DNA from: an uncultured Chroococcidiopsis sp.
GTDB lineage: Bacteria; Cyanobacteriota; Cyanobacteriia; Cyanobacteriales; Chroococcidiopsidaceae
Assembly (NCBI GenBank): GCA_964248365.1
Contig: CAXTYC010000010.1
Span: 73,303 to 137,302, forward strand
DNA length: 64,000 nucleotides
Direction: 5' to 3'
Below are positions 41,139 through 49,994 of the stretch, in pieces (the stretch's first letter is position 1; every line of letters starts with the position of its first letter). A program made the position numbers and the translations under genes. A model generated the notes under the pieces. It had not been told where the DNA came from and ran no database searches. It worked only from the letters and a program-made list of their open reading frames with translations.

Positions 41139-43148
41139 TTATTTATTAGCGGCAAGATTGACTTGTTGTAACTGCCAAATTTTGATAGTTTTATCCTCAC
41201 TACTACTAACAAGAATTCTGCCATCATAATTAAAACTGACACAATTGATATTACCTGAATGCCCAGAAAGAGTGCCTAACAATTCTCCAGTATTTAGACT
41301 CCAAAGTTTGATCGTCTCATCATCACTGCCGCTGGCGATAATTTTACTATCAGGACTAATGGCAACTGAATTAACATAACCTGAATGTCCAGTCAAGGTA
41401 CGTAATAATTTTCCAGTTTGTAGATTCCAAATTTTGATTGATTTGTCCCAACTGCTAGAGACTACGGTTTGACCATCAGGACTAATTGCAACGGATCTAA
41501 CTCTATCTGAATGCCCTGAAAGAGTGCGAAGCAATGCCCCAGTCTGGAAATTCCAAATTTTGACAGTTTTATCCTTACTTCCACTCACCAAAGTTTGTCC
41601 ATCAGGGCTGATAGCAACAGACCAAACTGTGTCTGAATGCCCTATGAGGGTGCGGCGCAATGTCCTAGTTTGCAGATTCCAGATTGAGATGCTTCCATCC
41701 CCACTACTACTGGCTACATTTTTTCCATCGGGACTAAGTGCAACTGACCAAACGTTGCTTGCTATCCCAAAAGTAGGACGGGGTTTATCAGTATTTAAAT
41801 GCCAAATTTTGATTGCCTGTTGTGTTGCATAGCTACCGCTTGTCAAGATTTGACCATCAGGGCTGAGGGCGACTGACAAAATCGCGGCTGAATCTTCAGG
41901 TAGTGTGCGTACTAACTGCCCTGTATCCATATCCCAAAGTTTAATCGTCTTGTCTCCACTCCCACTAACTAGGGTGTGTCCATCACGGCTAACCCCTACT
42001 GTCCACACTGCATCAGTATGCCCAGTTAAAGTGTGTGCTAGGGTGACATTAGCTATCTGATTTTGCGATCCTAGAGCAATTTGGGATTGAGCAATAGAAG
42101 GGGCGATATTTGTAGCCCTTCGCAAGGTAGAATAACTCCCCAAGAATAAGCCCAAGGCGGCGATGACACCTATTGATGTCCCTACGTACAATGGCACCGC
42201 ACGTTTGCTAGTTTTGGTTGTCTGATTCGTTTTGGTGGTGATAGGCGGTGGTGAAGTTGTCTCGCTAGCTATTGCGGGCTTCAAAAGATTTGGCGCAAAT
42301 TTTTCCACCAACGGTTGCAGGGAAGCTAATACTTCGGTTACACTCTGGTAGCGATCGCTAAACTGATAGCGCACCATTTGATTTATAATTGCTGCCAATT
42401 GGGGATCTACTTCTACCAAGTGTTGCCATATCACTTCCCCAGTCTCAGCATCTTCTAGTAGCTGCGTCGGTTGCATCCCAGTTAGGGCTTGTATACCAAT
42501 CATCCCTACAGCATAGATATCACTATTCGGTCGCGGACGACCCCGACTTTGTTCGCTGGGCATATATCCCGAAGTGCCGATCGCTAGCGTCGCCGGAATT
42601 CCTACTGCATAGTTGGCATTGGTTTGTCCTTGAGATGTAACTACTTGTGTCCAGGCTTGTTTGACACTACCAAAGTCAATCAGCACCAACACCCCATCTT
42701 TTTCTCGACAAATTAAGTTGCTAGGTTTGATGTCACGATGAATCAATCCATGAGTGTGTACTATGTGTAAAATGTTTAGGATTTCATACAATAATTCGAT
42801 GACTTGTTTTTCATTCCACCGCACTCCAGGTAACAAAATTGCATCCAACGGCTGTCCTGCGATGTATTCTTGTACTAAATAAAACTGTTGGTTTTCTTCA
42901 AAATAGTCTATTAGCTGTGGCACTTGGGCATAAGTGCCGAGTTTTTCTAGGGCAGCGACTTCTCTAGTAAATAAGCGTCGCAAGCTTGACATTGAAGCGG
43001 TCTGAGTGCTTGCTGGCAATAGGTGTTTAATGACACAAGGAGTCGGCTGATTGTGGCTAATGTCATGTGCTAGGTAGGTGTGACAGTAGCTGCCCCTACT
43101 TAATATTTGTACTACTTGATATTTACCCTTGATGATTTCACCTATCAT
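41139..43148 (-). CDS. Hanks-type Ser/Thr protein kinase with TM segment and C-terminal WD40 repeats
   Basis: IHRDIKPSN, LIDFG, GTSGYM; seven GH...IKIW WD40 repeats. Confidence 0.92.
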   Translation of the reverse strand: MIGEIIKGKYQVVQILSRGSYCHTYLAHDISHNQPTPCVIKHLLPASTQTASMSSLRRLFTREVAALEKLGTYAQVPQLIDYFEENQQFYLVQEYIAGQPLDAILLPGVRWNEKQVIELLYEILNILHIVHTHGLIHRDIKPSNLICREKDGVLVLIDFGSVKQAWTQVVTSQGQTNANYAVGIPATLAIGTSGYMPSEQSRGRPRPNSDIYAVGMIGIQALTGMQPTQLLEDAETGEVIWQHLVEVDPQLAAIINQMVRYQFSDRYQSVTEVLASLQPLVEKFAPNLLKPAIASETTSPPPITTKTNQTTKTSKRAVPLYVGTSIGVIAALGLFLGSYSTLRRATNIAPSIAQSQIALGSQNQIANVTLAHTLTGHTDAVWTVGVSRDGHTLVSGSGDKTIKLWDMDTGQLVRTLPEDSAAILSVALSPDGQILTSGSYATQQAIKIWHLNTDKPRPTFGIASNVWSVALSPDGKNVASSSGDGSISIWNLQTRTLRRTLIGHSDTVWSVAISPDGQTLVSGSKDKTVKIWNFQTGALLRTLSGHSDRVRSVAISPDGQTVVSSSWDKSIKIWNLQTGKLLRTLTGHSGYVNSVAISPDSKIIASGSDDETIKLWSLNTGELLGTLSGHSGNINCVSFNYDGRILVSSSEDKTIKIWQLQQVNLAANK

Positions 43149-43342
43149 GGTGTAATATTAATAACAACTATCGAATTAAGAAGTAGAGTTAACTTCACCA
43201 GGGAAAAAGGCAAGAATTTTAGCCTTGCGATCGCACTCTTAGCCTTGAAGATATAGCCCCTTTATTAACAATATGACACTTTCTTGAAGGAAGTATTGTT
43301 GTTTTTATCGCTTATCTTGTGCAAATTTTTGGAGATGATTAA

Positions 43343-43487
43343 TTAGCTGTTAGCTGTTAGCAGGAGTGCTGGCACGCTCCTCGACAGTTTCTAGCAGATA
43401 GTTATCTTTGTAAAGGGGTACGTCAATTGTGTTGCTACTCGCTAAAAGCTAATCGTTAATCGCTAAAAGCTAATCGCTAATTGCTAT
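43343..43487. repeat. Heptamer tracts in inverted arrangement (ttagctg... / gctaaaa, gctaatc)
   Basis: ttagctgttagctgttagc and gctaaaagctaatcgttaatcgctaaaagctaatcgctaa. Confidence 0.6.
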
Positions 43488-43496
43488 AGTGTTAAT

Positions 43497-44453
43497 TTAT
43501 TCTTCCACACGATAACCTAACTCGGACAATCGGAGGCGGGAGTGTCGCCACTTAGGTTGTACCTTGACAAATAGCTCTAGATAGACTTTGCCAGCAATTA
43601 ACTTTTGAATTTGTTCACGAGCAGCACTACCAATTGCTTTGAGCATCGTTCCACCTTTACCAATTAAAATTCCTTTTTGGGAATCGCGCTCAACATGAAT
43701 CGTGGCGAACACACGGGTAATTGTTGGTGTTTCCTCTACTTTATCAATTGTGATGGCTACCGAATGAGGCACTTCCTCGCGCGTTAGCAGCAAAATTTGT
43801 TCTCGAATTAATTCTCCCATGATAAAGCGTTCTGGCTGATCGGTTACTAAGTCAGGGGGATAGTAATATGGTCCTGGTTCGAGGCGATCGCCGATCGCTT
43901 GCTGTAGCATTTCCAAACCGTCACCCGACAGAGCTGAAAATTTCACCATTTCCCACTGGTAGGGAGCTGCTAACTGGGTATATGTACTATCTATGTGTTG
44001 AGAATCACCACTACGCTGATCTATTTTGTTCAGCCCTAAAATTACTGGTGTTTGGGTTTGACTCAAAAGTTCAACAATGTAGCGATCGCCGCCGCCAGCT
44101 TCGACCGAACCATCTACCACAAACAAAACCACATCTACCGAATCAATGGCTATTTGGGCATTTTTTACCAGCACTTCTCCTAACTGGTGGTGCGGCTTGT
44201 GAATTCCTGGTGTATCAACAAAAATTAGTTGTGCTTGAGGTGTTGTCAGAATACCCCGCAACCGATTTCGCGTTGTCTGAGCAAGTGGTGAAGTAATAGC
44301 AATTTTTTGCCCTACCAGCGAGTTCATCAGCGTTGATTTACCGACATTGGGGCGACCAATAATTCCAATAAAGCCTGATTTGTACCCAGCAGGAGCAGGC
44401 GGAATGCTTACTACTGCTGACAAGTCTGGGATATTATCATCAATCGTACTCAC
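43497..44453 (-). CDS. era: GTPase Era
   Basis: GRPNVGKST, QTTR, DTPG, NKID, KH domain ILIGKGG; GTG at 44453 preferred over the TTG at 44537. Confidence 0.95.
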   Translation of the reverse strand: MSTIDDNIPDLSAVVSIPPAPAGYKSGFIGIIGRPNVGKSTLMNSLVGQKIAITSPLAQTTRNRLRGILTTPQAQLIFVDTPGIHKPHHQLGEVLVKNAQIAIDSVDVVLFVVDGSVEAGGGDRYIVELLSQTQTPVILGLNKIDQRSGDSQHIDSTYTQLAAPYQWEMVKFSALSGDGLEMLQQAIGDRLEPGPYYYPPDLVTDQPERFIMGELIREQILLLTREEVPHSVAITIDKVEETPTITRVFATIHVERDSQKGILIGKGGTMLKAIGSAAREQIQKLIAGKVYLELFVKVQPKWRHSRLRLSELGYRVEE

Positions 44454-44702
44454 AAAATTAAATCCACCCTGAAATTTTGCAGCCTGCTTAAGTTTATTAT
44501 TTCGGATATTTCGGAAAATAACGAAAGATGAAGTCAAATTGTAATTACTTCAAATTGCCTCACCTTCAGTTTAATCTACAACTTGACAACGCGCCGAAGG
44601 CGCAGGAGAGCAGAGGGGCAGAGGGAGATAACATTTATTAACCTCTAGCTATAGCGCTATAGCGCTATAGCGCCTCTCGCCCCCTCACCCCTCACCCCTT
44701 TT

Positions 44703-45791
44703 ATGAAAATGGGAGAACGTAAACGAATTGGAATTCTGACTAGTGGTGGAGACTGTGCCGGATTGAATGCTGTAATTCGAGCCACCGTCCATCGCGCTGT
44801 AGGAACTTATGGCTGGGAAGTGCTGGGAATTCGGCAAGCCACTCACGGTTTGATGAGTAGACCACCTCAAGTTATACCTTTAGAAATCGAAAAGGTGGAT
44901 TCATTACTTACGTTGGGCGGCACTATTTTAGGAACTACTAATAAAGGAGATCCTTTTGCCTTTCCGATGGCGGATGGGAGTTTGTGCGATCGCTCACAAG
45001 AAATTATAGATGGCTACCATCAATTAGGTTTAACAGCAATGATTGGCATTGGTGGTGATGGTAGTATGGCAATTCTGCGTCGCCTCGCCCAGCAAGGTAA
45101 TCTCAACCTGGTGGCAATCCCCAAAACCATTGATAATGATGTAGGTGTCACAGAACTTTCTATTGGTTTTGATACAGCAGTTAGCATTGCTACCGAAGCA
45201 CTGGATCGATTGCATTTCACTGCTGCTAGTCATAGCCGCGTCATGATTTTAGAAGTGATGGGGCGTGATGCTGGACATATCGCCATTAGTGCTGGAATTG
45301 CTGGGGGAGCAGATGTTATCCTGATTCCAGAGATTTCATACACAATTGAGCGCATCTGCCGCCAACTCAAAGAACGTCAGGAGCAAGGCAAGAATTACTC
45401 TTTAGTAGTTGTGTCAGAAGCAGTACGTACAGAAGCTGGTGAGAGTGTAATGTCCACTAATCGCTTGGGTCAATCTCGATACGGAGGTATTGGGCAATAC
45501 TTAGCTGATGAAATTTGTACTCAAATTGGTGCAGAAACGCGAGTCACAGTTTTAGGACATATTCAACGCGGGGGGACTCCTTCACCCGTCGAGCGATTGA
45601 TTGCATCTGCTTTCGGTGTGGCGGCAGTTGATTTAATTGCCCAAGGAAAATATGACCAGATGGTGACTTGGCAAAAACGCCAAGTTGTGAATGTCCCAAT
45701 TGCGGAAGCGATCGCCCAATACCGCGCTGTAAACCCTGATGGGACTCTAGTTAAGACTGCGCGTGGGTTGGGTATTTGCCTGGGAGACTAA
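44703..45791 (+). CDS. pfkA: ATP-dependent 6-phosphofructokinase
   Basis: TSGGDCAGLNA, GGDGS, PKTIDND, EVMGR, LGHIQRGG. Confidence 0.94.
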   Translation: MKMGERKRIGILTSGGDCAGLNAVIRATVHRAVGTYGWEVLGIRQATHGLMSRPPQVIPLEIEKVDSLLTLGGTILGTTNKGDPFAFPMADGSLCDRSQEIIDGYHQLGLTAMIGIGGDGSMAILRRLAQQGNLNLVAIPKTIDNDVGVTELSIGFDTAVSIATEALDRLHFTAASHSRVMILEVMGRDAGHIAISAGIAGGADVILIPEISYTIERICRQLKERQEQGKNYSLVVVSEAVRTEAGESVMSTNRLGQSRYGGIGQYLADEICTQIGAETRVTVLGHIQRGGTPSPVERLIASAFGVAAVDLIAQGKYDQMVTWQKRQVVNVPIAEAIAQYRAVNPDGTLVKTARGLGICLGD

Positions 45792-45814
45792 CGCGGTAAA
45801 AGTCTTTTTTTGTT

Positions 45815-45880
45815 TCGCGCATAGACGCGTTCGCGGCTTCTCGAAGAGTAGGCGCTAAGCCGCGATCGTTCGGACGCAAA
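45815..45880 (+). repeat. Short dispersed repeat (cgcgcatagacgc...ggcgctaag type), apparently nested
   Basis: Resembles the reverse complement of 63801-63827 with extra sequence in the middle. Confidence 0.45.
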
Positions 45881-46070
45881 AAGTTTCGCGCCTCCTTATG
45901 CAAGAAGTCTATTGCATTTCTACTTGGCATTGAGCCGAGATAGGTGTAATTTCCTGTAAGATGGTCTGAAAGCTCTTATTCTGTCTGGGTTTGAAAAGTT
46001 GTTACATGAGATTCAAACAAGCCTAATTGACAACGAAAAATCAAGCTTAGTGAAGGCATCTTGCACTTTT

Positions 46071-48194
46071 TTACTCACATCTCGGCACAACCCCTACTTC
46101 TTTAATTTTCAATGGTTTTACCAGTTGTGCCACAGTCGCCACCAAGACGGTAGGTGCAACTGGTTTAGAAACGTGCATTTGAAAGCCTGCTGATAGTGCT
46201 TGCATTTGATCTTCGAGTCTAGTGTAGGCGCTTAGGGCGATCGCTGGTATTTTTCCGCCTCCTCGCTGTTGCTCTAAATCTCGCAACATCCGAATTAATT
46301 GATAGCCATCTTCCCCAGGCATAGCAATATCGCTTACTAGTACATCAGGGTTGGACTGATCGAGGCACTTCATTGCCTCACGCACTGATTCAACCGCCGT
46401 AACATCGGCTCCTGACTGCTGCAATACAATTTTGATAAATTCACGAGTATCGGTATTATCCTCAACAACTAGCACTTGTACGCCATCAAGTCTAGGAGCT
46501 ATGGGTTCAGGGCTAGAAGCTGGGGATTTCTGCCCATTCTCGCCTTTTGTCTCTTGCTTCGCATCCGACTCCAACAAAGGCAGTTGGACGGTAAACGTTG
46601 CCCCTTTTCCCTCGCCTGCACTCTCGGCACAAATCTTGCCCTTGTGCAACTCTACCAAGTGACGGACGATTGTTAATCCTAACCCTAGTCCTCCACTAGA
46701 GCGGGTGGAGGAACTGTCTGCTTGACGAAAACGGTCAAAGACATAAGGGAGAAAGTCGGGACTAATGCCTATACCTGCATCAATTACTTGAATTTGAGCA
46801 TATTCGGTAACTGGTAACTGGTAACTGGTAACTGGTAACTGTCCATTTTCATCATCTATTGCCTTTTGCTGACTACTTTTTACCGTTGATAATCGCACTT
46901 CAACCCGTCCGCCTTCTGGAGTAAACTTGATAGCATTCGAGAGCAAATTCCAAATAATTTGCTTTAGGCGTTCTGAATCGCCAGCAACTTTTGGTACGTT
47001 AGGATCGAGCGTGGTTTCGAGTTGAATTGCTTTGGTGTCGGCTTGAGGGCGTAGGGTGTCTAGTACGGTTTCAATTAACTCAAATAGGTTGACTGGTTGG
47101 ATCATCAGCCGCAGTTTGCCTCGGACGATCTTGGAAACATCCAAAATATCTTCAATTAATTGCGCTTGGGATTTGGCGTTACGTGCGATCGTTTCCATCG
47201 CCCTGGTTGTGGTAGTTTCATCAAACTTTCTATTGAGTAACAGTTGCGACCATCCCAGTATGGAGTTGAGAGGAGTGCGGAGTTCGTGGGAGATGATCGC
47301 TAAAAACTCATCTTTCATTCGGTTAGCAGCTTCTGCCTCAGCTCGTGCTGCCTGTTCTCGAATGATTTGCTCGAATACTATTTCTGCCTGCTTGCGCTCT
47401 GTGATGTCTTCTATAGTGCCAACGTGACCTAACAATTGCCTTTGATCGGAAAGTAGTGGAGATGTGCGGACGTGAACCCAATGCACAGCAAGATCGGGTG
47501 TGTAAATCCGAAATTCAGCCGAGTATACCTGTTCTCGGTAAATGCAATTTTTCCAATCATTCAACACGCGATCGCGCTCTTCGGGATGAATAATTTTTGC
47601 CCAGCCATCATACCAATCTTCCTCGATTTTGAAGCCACAAATTGCCTGACAATTTGGGTTGGTGTAGGTACACTGTCCAGTTGTATCGGTCAAAAAAATT
47701 CCGATAGGAGAGCAAGTACTTAGTGAGCGAAACCGCTGTTCACTCTGGCTCAATTGGGCATTGATCGCTGCGAGTTGGGCTGCTTGTTGTTGCACCTCCA
47801 TTGTTTTTTTGAACAGATCGACAAAGACTGACACTTTTGAAGTCAAAATCACCGGATCAATGGGCTTGTGCAAGTAATCTACTGCGCCCAGAGCGTAGCC
47901 TTTAAATACCATGTTGTCGTTGGTACTAAAGGCGGTGAGAAAAATAATTGGGGTGGAGCGCGATCGCTCTCGTTGCCGAATTAGCGTTGCCGTTTCAAAC
48001 CCATCTATCTCTGGCATCTGCACATCGAGCAAAATCACAGCAAAATCTTGATGCAATAGACACCTTAAGGCTTCCTTACCCGAATGTGCTTTTACCAAGT
48101 TTTGACCAAGCCTCTCTAAAATTGCTGACAAAGCAATCAGATTTTCGGGATGGTCGTCTACCAAGAGGATATTTGCTTTTGGTGTCGACTGCAT
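46071..48194 (-). CDS. Hybrid histidine kinase REC-PAS-HisKA-HATPase-REC
   Basis: LLVDD/LLDVQMP, PAS, SHELRTPL, NAIKFT, GLGLGL, C-terminal REC. Confidence 0.92.
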   Translation of the reverse strand: MQSTPKANILLVDDHPENLIALSAILERLGQNLVKAHSGKEALRCLLHQDFAVILLDVQMPEIDGFETATLIRQRERSRSTPIIFLTAFSTNDNMVFKGYALGAVDYLHKPIDPVILTSKVSVFVDLFKKTMEVQQQAAQLAAINAQLSQSEQRFRSLSTCSPIGIFLTDTTGQCTYTNPNCQAICGFKIEEDWYDGWAKIIHPEERDRVLNDWKNCIYREQVYSAEFRIYTPDLAVHWVHVRTSPLLSDQRQLLGHVGTIEDITERKQAEIVFEQIIREQAARAEAEAANRMKDEFLAIISHELRTPLNSILGWSQLLLNRKFDETTTTRAMETIARNAKSQAQLIEDILDVSKIVRGKLRLMIQPVNLFELIETVLDTLRPQADTKAIQLETTLDPNVPKVAGDSERLKQIIWNLLSNAIKFTPEGGRVEVRLSTVKSSQQKAIDDENGQLPVTSYQLPVTEYAQIQVIDAGIGISPDFLPYVFDRFRQADSSSTRSSGGLGLGLTIVRHLVELHKGKICAESAGEGKGATFTVQLPLLESDAKQETKGENGQKSPASSPEPIAPRLDGVQVLVVEDNTDTREFIKIVLQQSGADVTAVESVREAMKCLDQSNPDVLVSDIAMPGEDGYQLIRMLRDLEQQRGGGKIPAIALSAYTRLEDQMQALSAGFQMHVSKPVAPTVLVATVAQLVKPLKIKEVGVVPRCE

Positions 48195-48302
48195 ACGCTT
48201 ACTACGATTTTGGATTTAAACAATGAGAATAGCTAATTACCTGGTTCACTACTTTTGCCTATTATGAATTACTTATTAGACATATTCACCCTTTATCCTT
48301 GA

Positions 48303-48896
48303 CTAGCAAGTGCGAGAATATGTGGAAGAACAGACATTGACCAAGAAGGGAGCGATTTGGGGCAATGGTAAAATTCTAGCTGTTCCCACTGCCGCAATTG
48401 CTGCATCTGGCATGATCCGGCATTTTGCTCTATCAGGTTCTTGTATAATTGTCAAGCCACCGTAAGCTTTTATTTTTGCTAGTCCTTGTGAGCCGTCGTG
48501 ATTTGCTCCGGTGAGAATCACTCCAATCGCTCTGTCTCCATAGGTATCAGCTGCCGATTCAAATAATACATCAATCGAGGGACGGGCATAGGAAACCGGA
48601 GCTTCGGTAGAAAGGGCAAAGTGATCGACTTCTACTAGCAAGTGATAATCTGCTGGAGCGAAGTAAACGTGTCCAGGCATAATTGCTTGTTTGTCTTCTG
48701 CCTCTACAACCGACAATAAACTTTGCCGCTGTAAAAAAGTAACTAATTCACCGTCTGAGTCTTTGTGACGATGTTGAGCGATCGCAACGGCAAGCGGAAA
48801 ATTTTGAGGTAAGCCCTTGAGAATAACTTTCAAGGCATTTAAGCCGCCCAGAGATGCACCAATTACAATAATTTTAAATTTAATTTCAAATTCCAT
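48303..48896 (-). CDS. cheB: Stand-alone CheB-type methylesterase (no REC domain)
   Basis: GASLGG, AQHR, RPSIDVLF, LTGANHDG; ATG at 48896 overlaps the cheR stop (TAATG). Confidence 0.88.
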   Translation of the reverse strand: MEFEIKFKIIVIGASLGGLNALKVILKGLPQNFPLAVAIAQHRHKDSDGELVTFLQRQSLLSVVEAEDKQAIMPGHVYFAPADYHLLVEVDHFALSTEAPVSYARPSIDVLFESAADTYGDRAIGVILTGANHDGSQGLAKIKAYGGLTIIQEPDRAKCRIMPDAAIAAVGTARILPLPQIAPFLVNVCSSTYSRTC

Positions 48897-49729
48897 TAGG
48901 CGACCCTCCGGTAAAGCTTTTCCCGACTTGCCAAAACTTCGTAGTATTGTTCGTAGGGTGTTCTGATCAGCGTTTCCTGCTTTCCCAATCCCAAAATTCC
49001 CCACCTGCTCAAACTTTCGTATAGCAGTTTGTGAACCTTTTCTTGAAGCTGTTGGTTGAAGTAGATCAAAACGTTACGACAGAAAACGACGTTGAATTCG
49101 TTGAAAGAAGCATCCGTTACCAGGTTGTGCGGCGAAAAGACGATATTCTCTTTCAGGAATGAGCGGATAATAGCGCCCTCGTAAGCAGCAGTATAATACT
49201 CGGAAAAAGACTTTTTGCCCCCTGCCTGAAGGTAGAGTTGGGTATACTCCTGCATTAAATGGAGGGAAAAAATTCCCGCTTTGGCTTTGCGTAATACAAC
49301 TTCATTCATATCAGTGGCGTAGATCCGACAACGGTGATACAGCCCTTCTTCAAACAGCAAAATTGCCATTGAATAAACCTCTTCACCCGTAGAGCATCCA
49401 GCGTGCCAGATGCGAATATAGGGATAGGTACGCAACAGGGGAACAACTTTGTTTCTGAAGGCAATATAAAAGCTAGGATCGCGGAACATCGAAGTAACAT
49501 GAACCGAAAGACCTAGTAGAAAGCGCTCCATACAGGCGGGATCGTGCAGAACTTTTTCCTGAAGCCCAGAGACACTAGTCAGCTTCTCAGCTCGAATTGT
49601 GTTCCAGATGCGACGTTTGAGAGAGGCGATCGCATAGTTGCGAAAGTCAAATCCATAATAGCAATACACCCCTTCGAGCAGTAGCTGAATTTCAATGTCT
49701 TCGAGTTCATTAGGGTGCTTGAGGGGCAT
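48896..49729 (-). CDS. cheR: CheR-type protein-glutamate O-methyltransferase
   Basis: VTSMFRD, IWHAGCSTGEEVYS, CRNVLIYF. Confidence 0.92.
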   Translation of the reverse strand: MPLKHPNELEDIEIQLLLEGVYCYYGFDFRNYAIASLKRRIWNTIRAEKLTSVSGLQEKVLHDPACMERFLLGLSVHVTSMFRDPSFYIAFRNKVVPLLRTYPYIRIWHAGCSTGEEVYSMAILLFEEGLYHRCRIYATDMNEVVLRKAKAGIFSLHLMQEYTQLYLQAGGKKSFSEYYTAAYEGAIIRSFLKENIVFSPHNLVTDASFNEFNVVFCRNVLIYFNQQLQEKVHKLLYESLSRWGILGLGKQETLIRTPYEQYYEVLASREKLYRRVA

Positions 49730-49736
49730 TGGAAAG

Positions 49737-49994
49737 ACAAGGATGAAGGATGAAGGGTAAAGGTTGTAGGGCTTCGCCCTTGCCGAAGGCGCTTGTTGAA
49801 GGGTAAAGGCAAAAAGGATGGCAGGGGAAAGGGGAAAGGGAAACGGGGAAAGGCTGAAGGTTAAAGGATGTACAACGGAGCGTTGCCGTAGGCTAGGCTA
49901 AATTTCACACTTCACACTTCACACTTCATCCTTTATACTTTATCCTTCATCCTTCACACTTCATTTTTCCCCTAGCAAGAGCGCCCCTAGCCCC
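49737..49994. repeat. STRR heptamer tracts (ggatgaa, gggaaag, ttcacac, ttcatcc) in inverted arrangement
   Basis: Visible tandem heptamers filling the intergenic gap. Confidence 0.85.

Noticed and set aside
44649..44673. (ctatagcg)x3 self-complementary octamer run upstream of pfkA
   Set aside because: Most simply a local slippage duplication within a repeat-rich spacer; no evidence of function.
48897..49004. N-terminal extension of CheB in the ORF track
   Set aside because: Overlaps cheR; the TAATG-coupled ATG at 48896 gives a normal CheB start.
2747..49994. Tandem short repeats considered as CRISPR arrays
   Set aside because: They are 7-8 nt STRR units with no unique spacers; no cas genes in the window.
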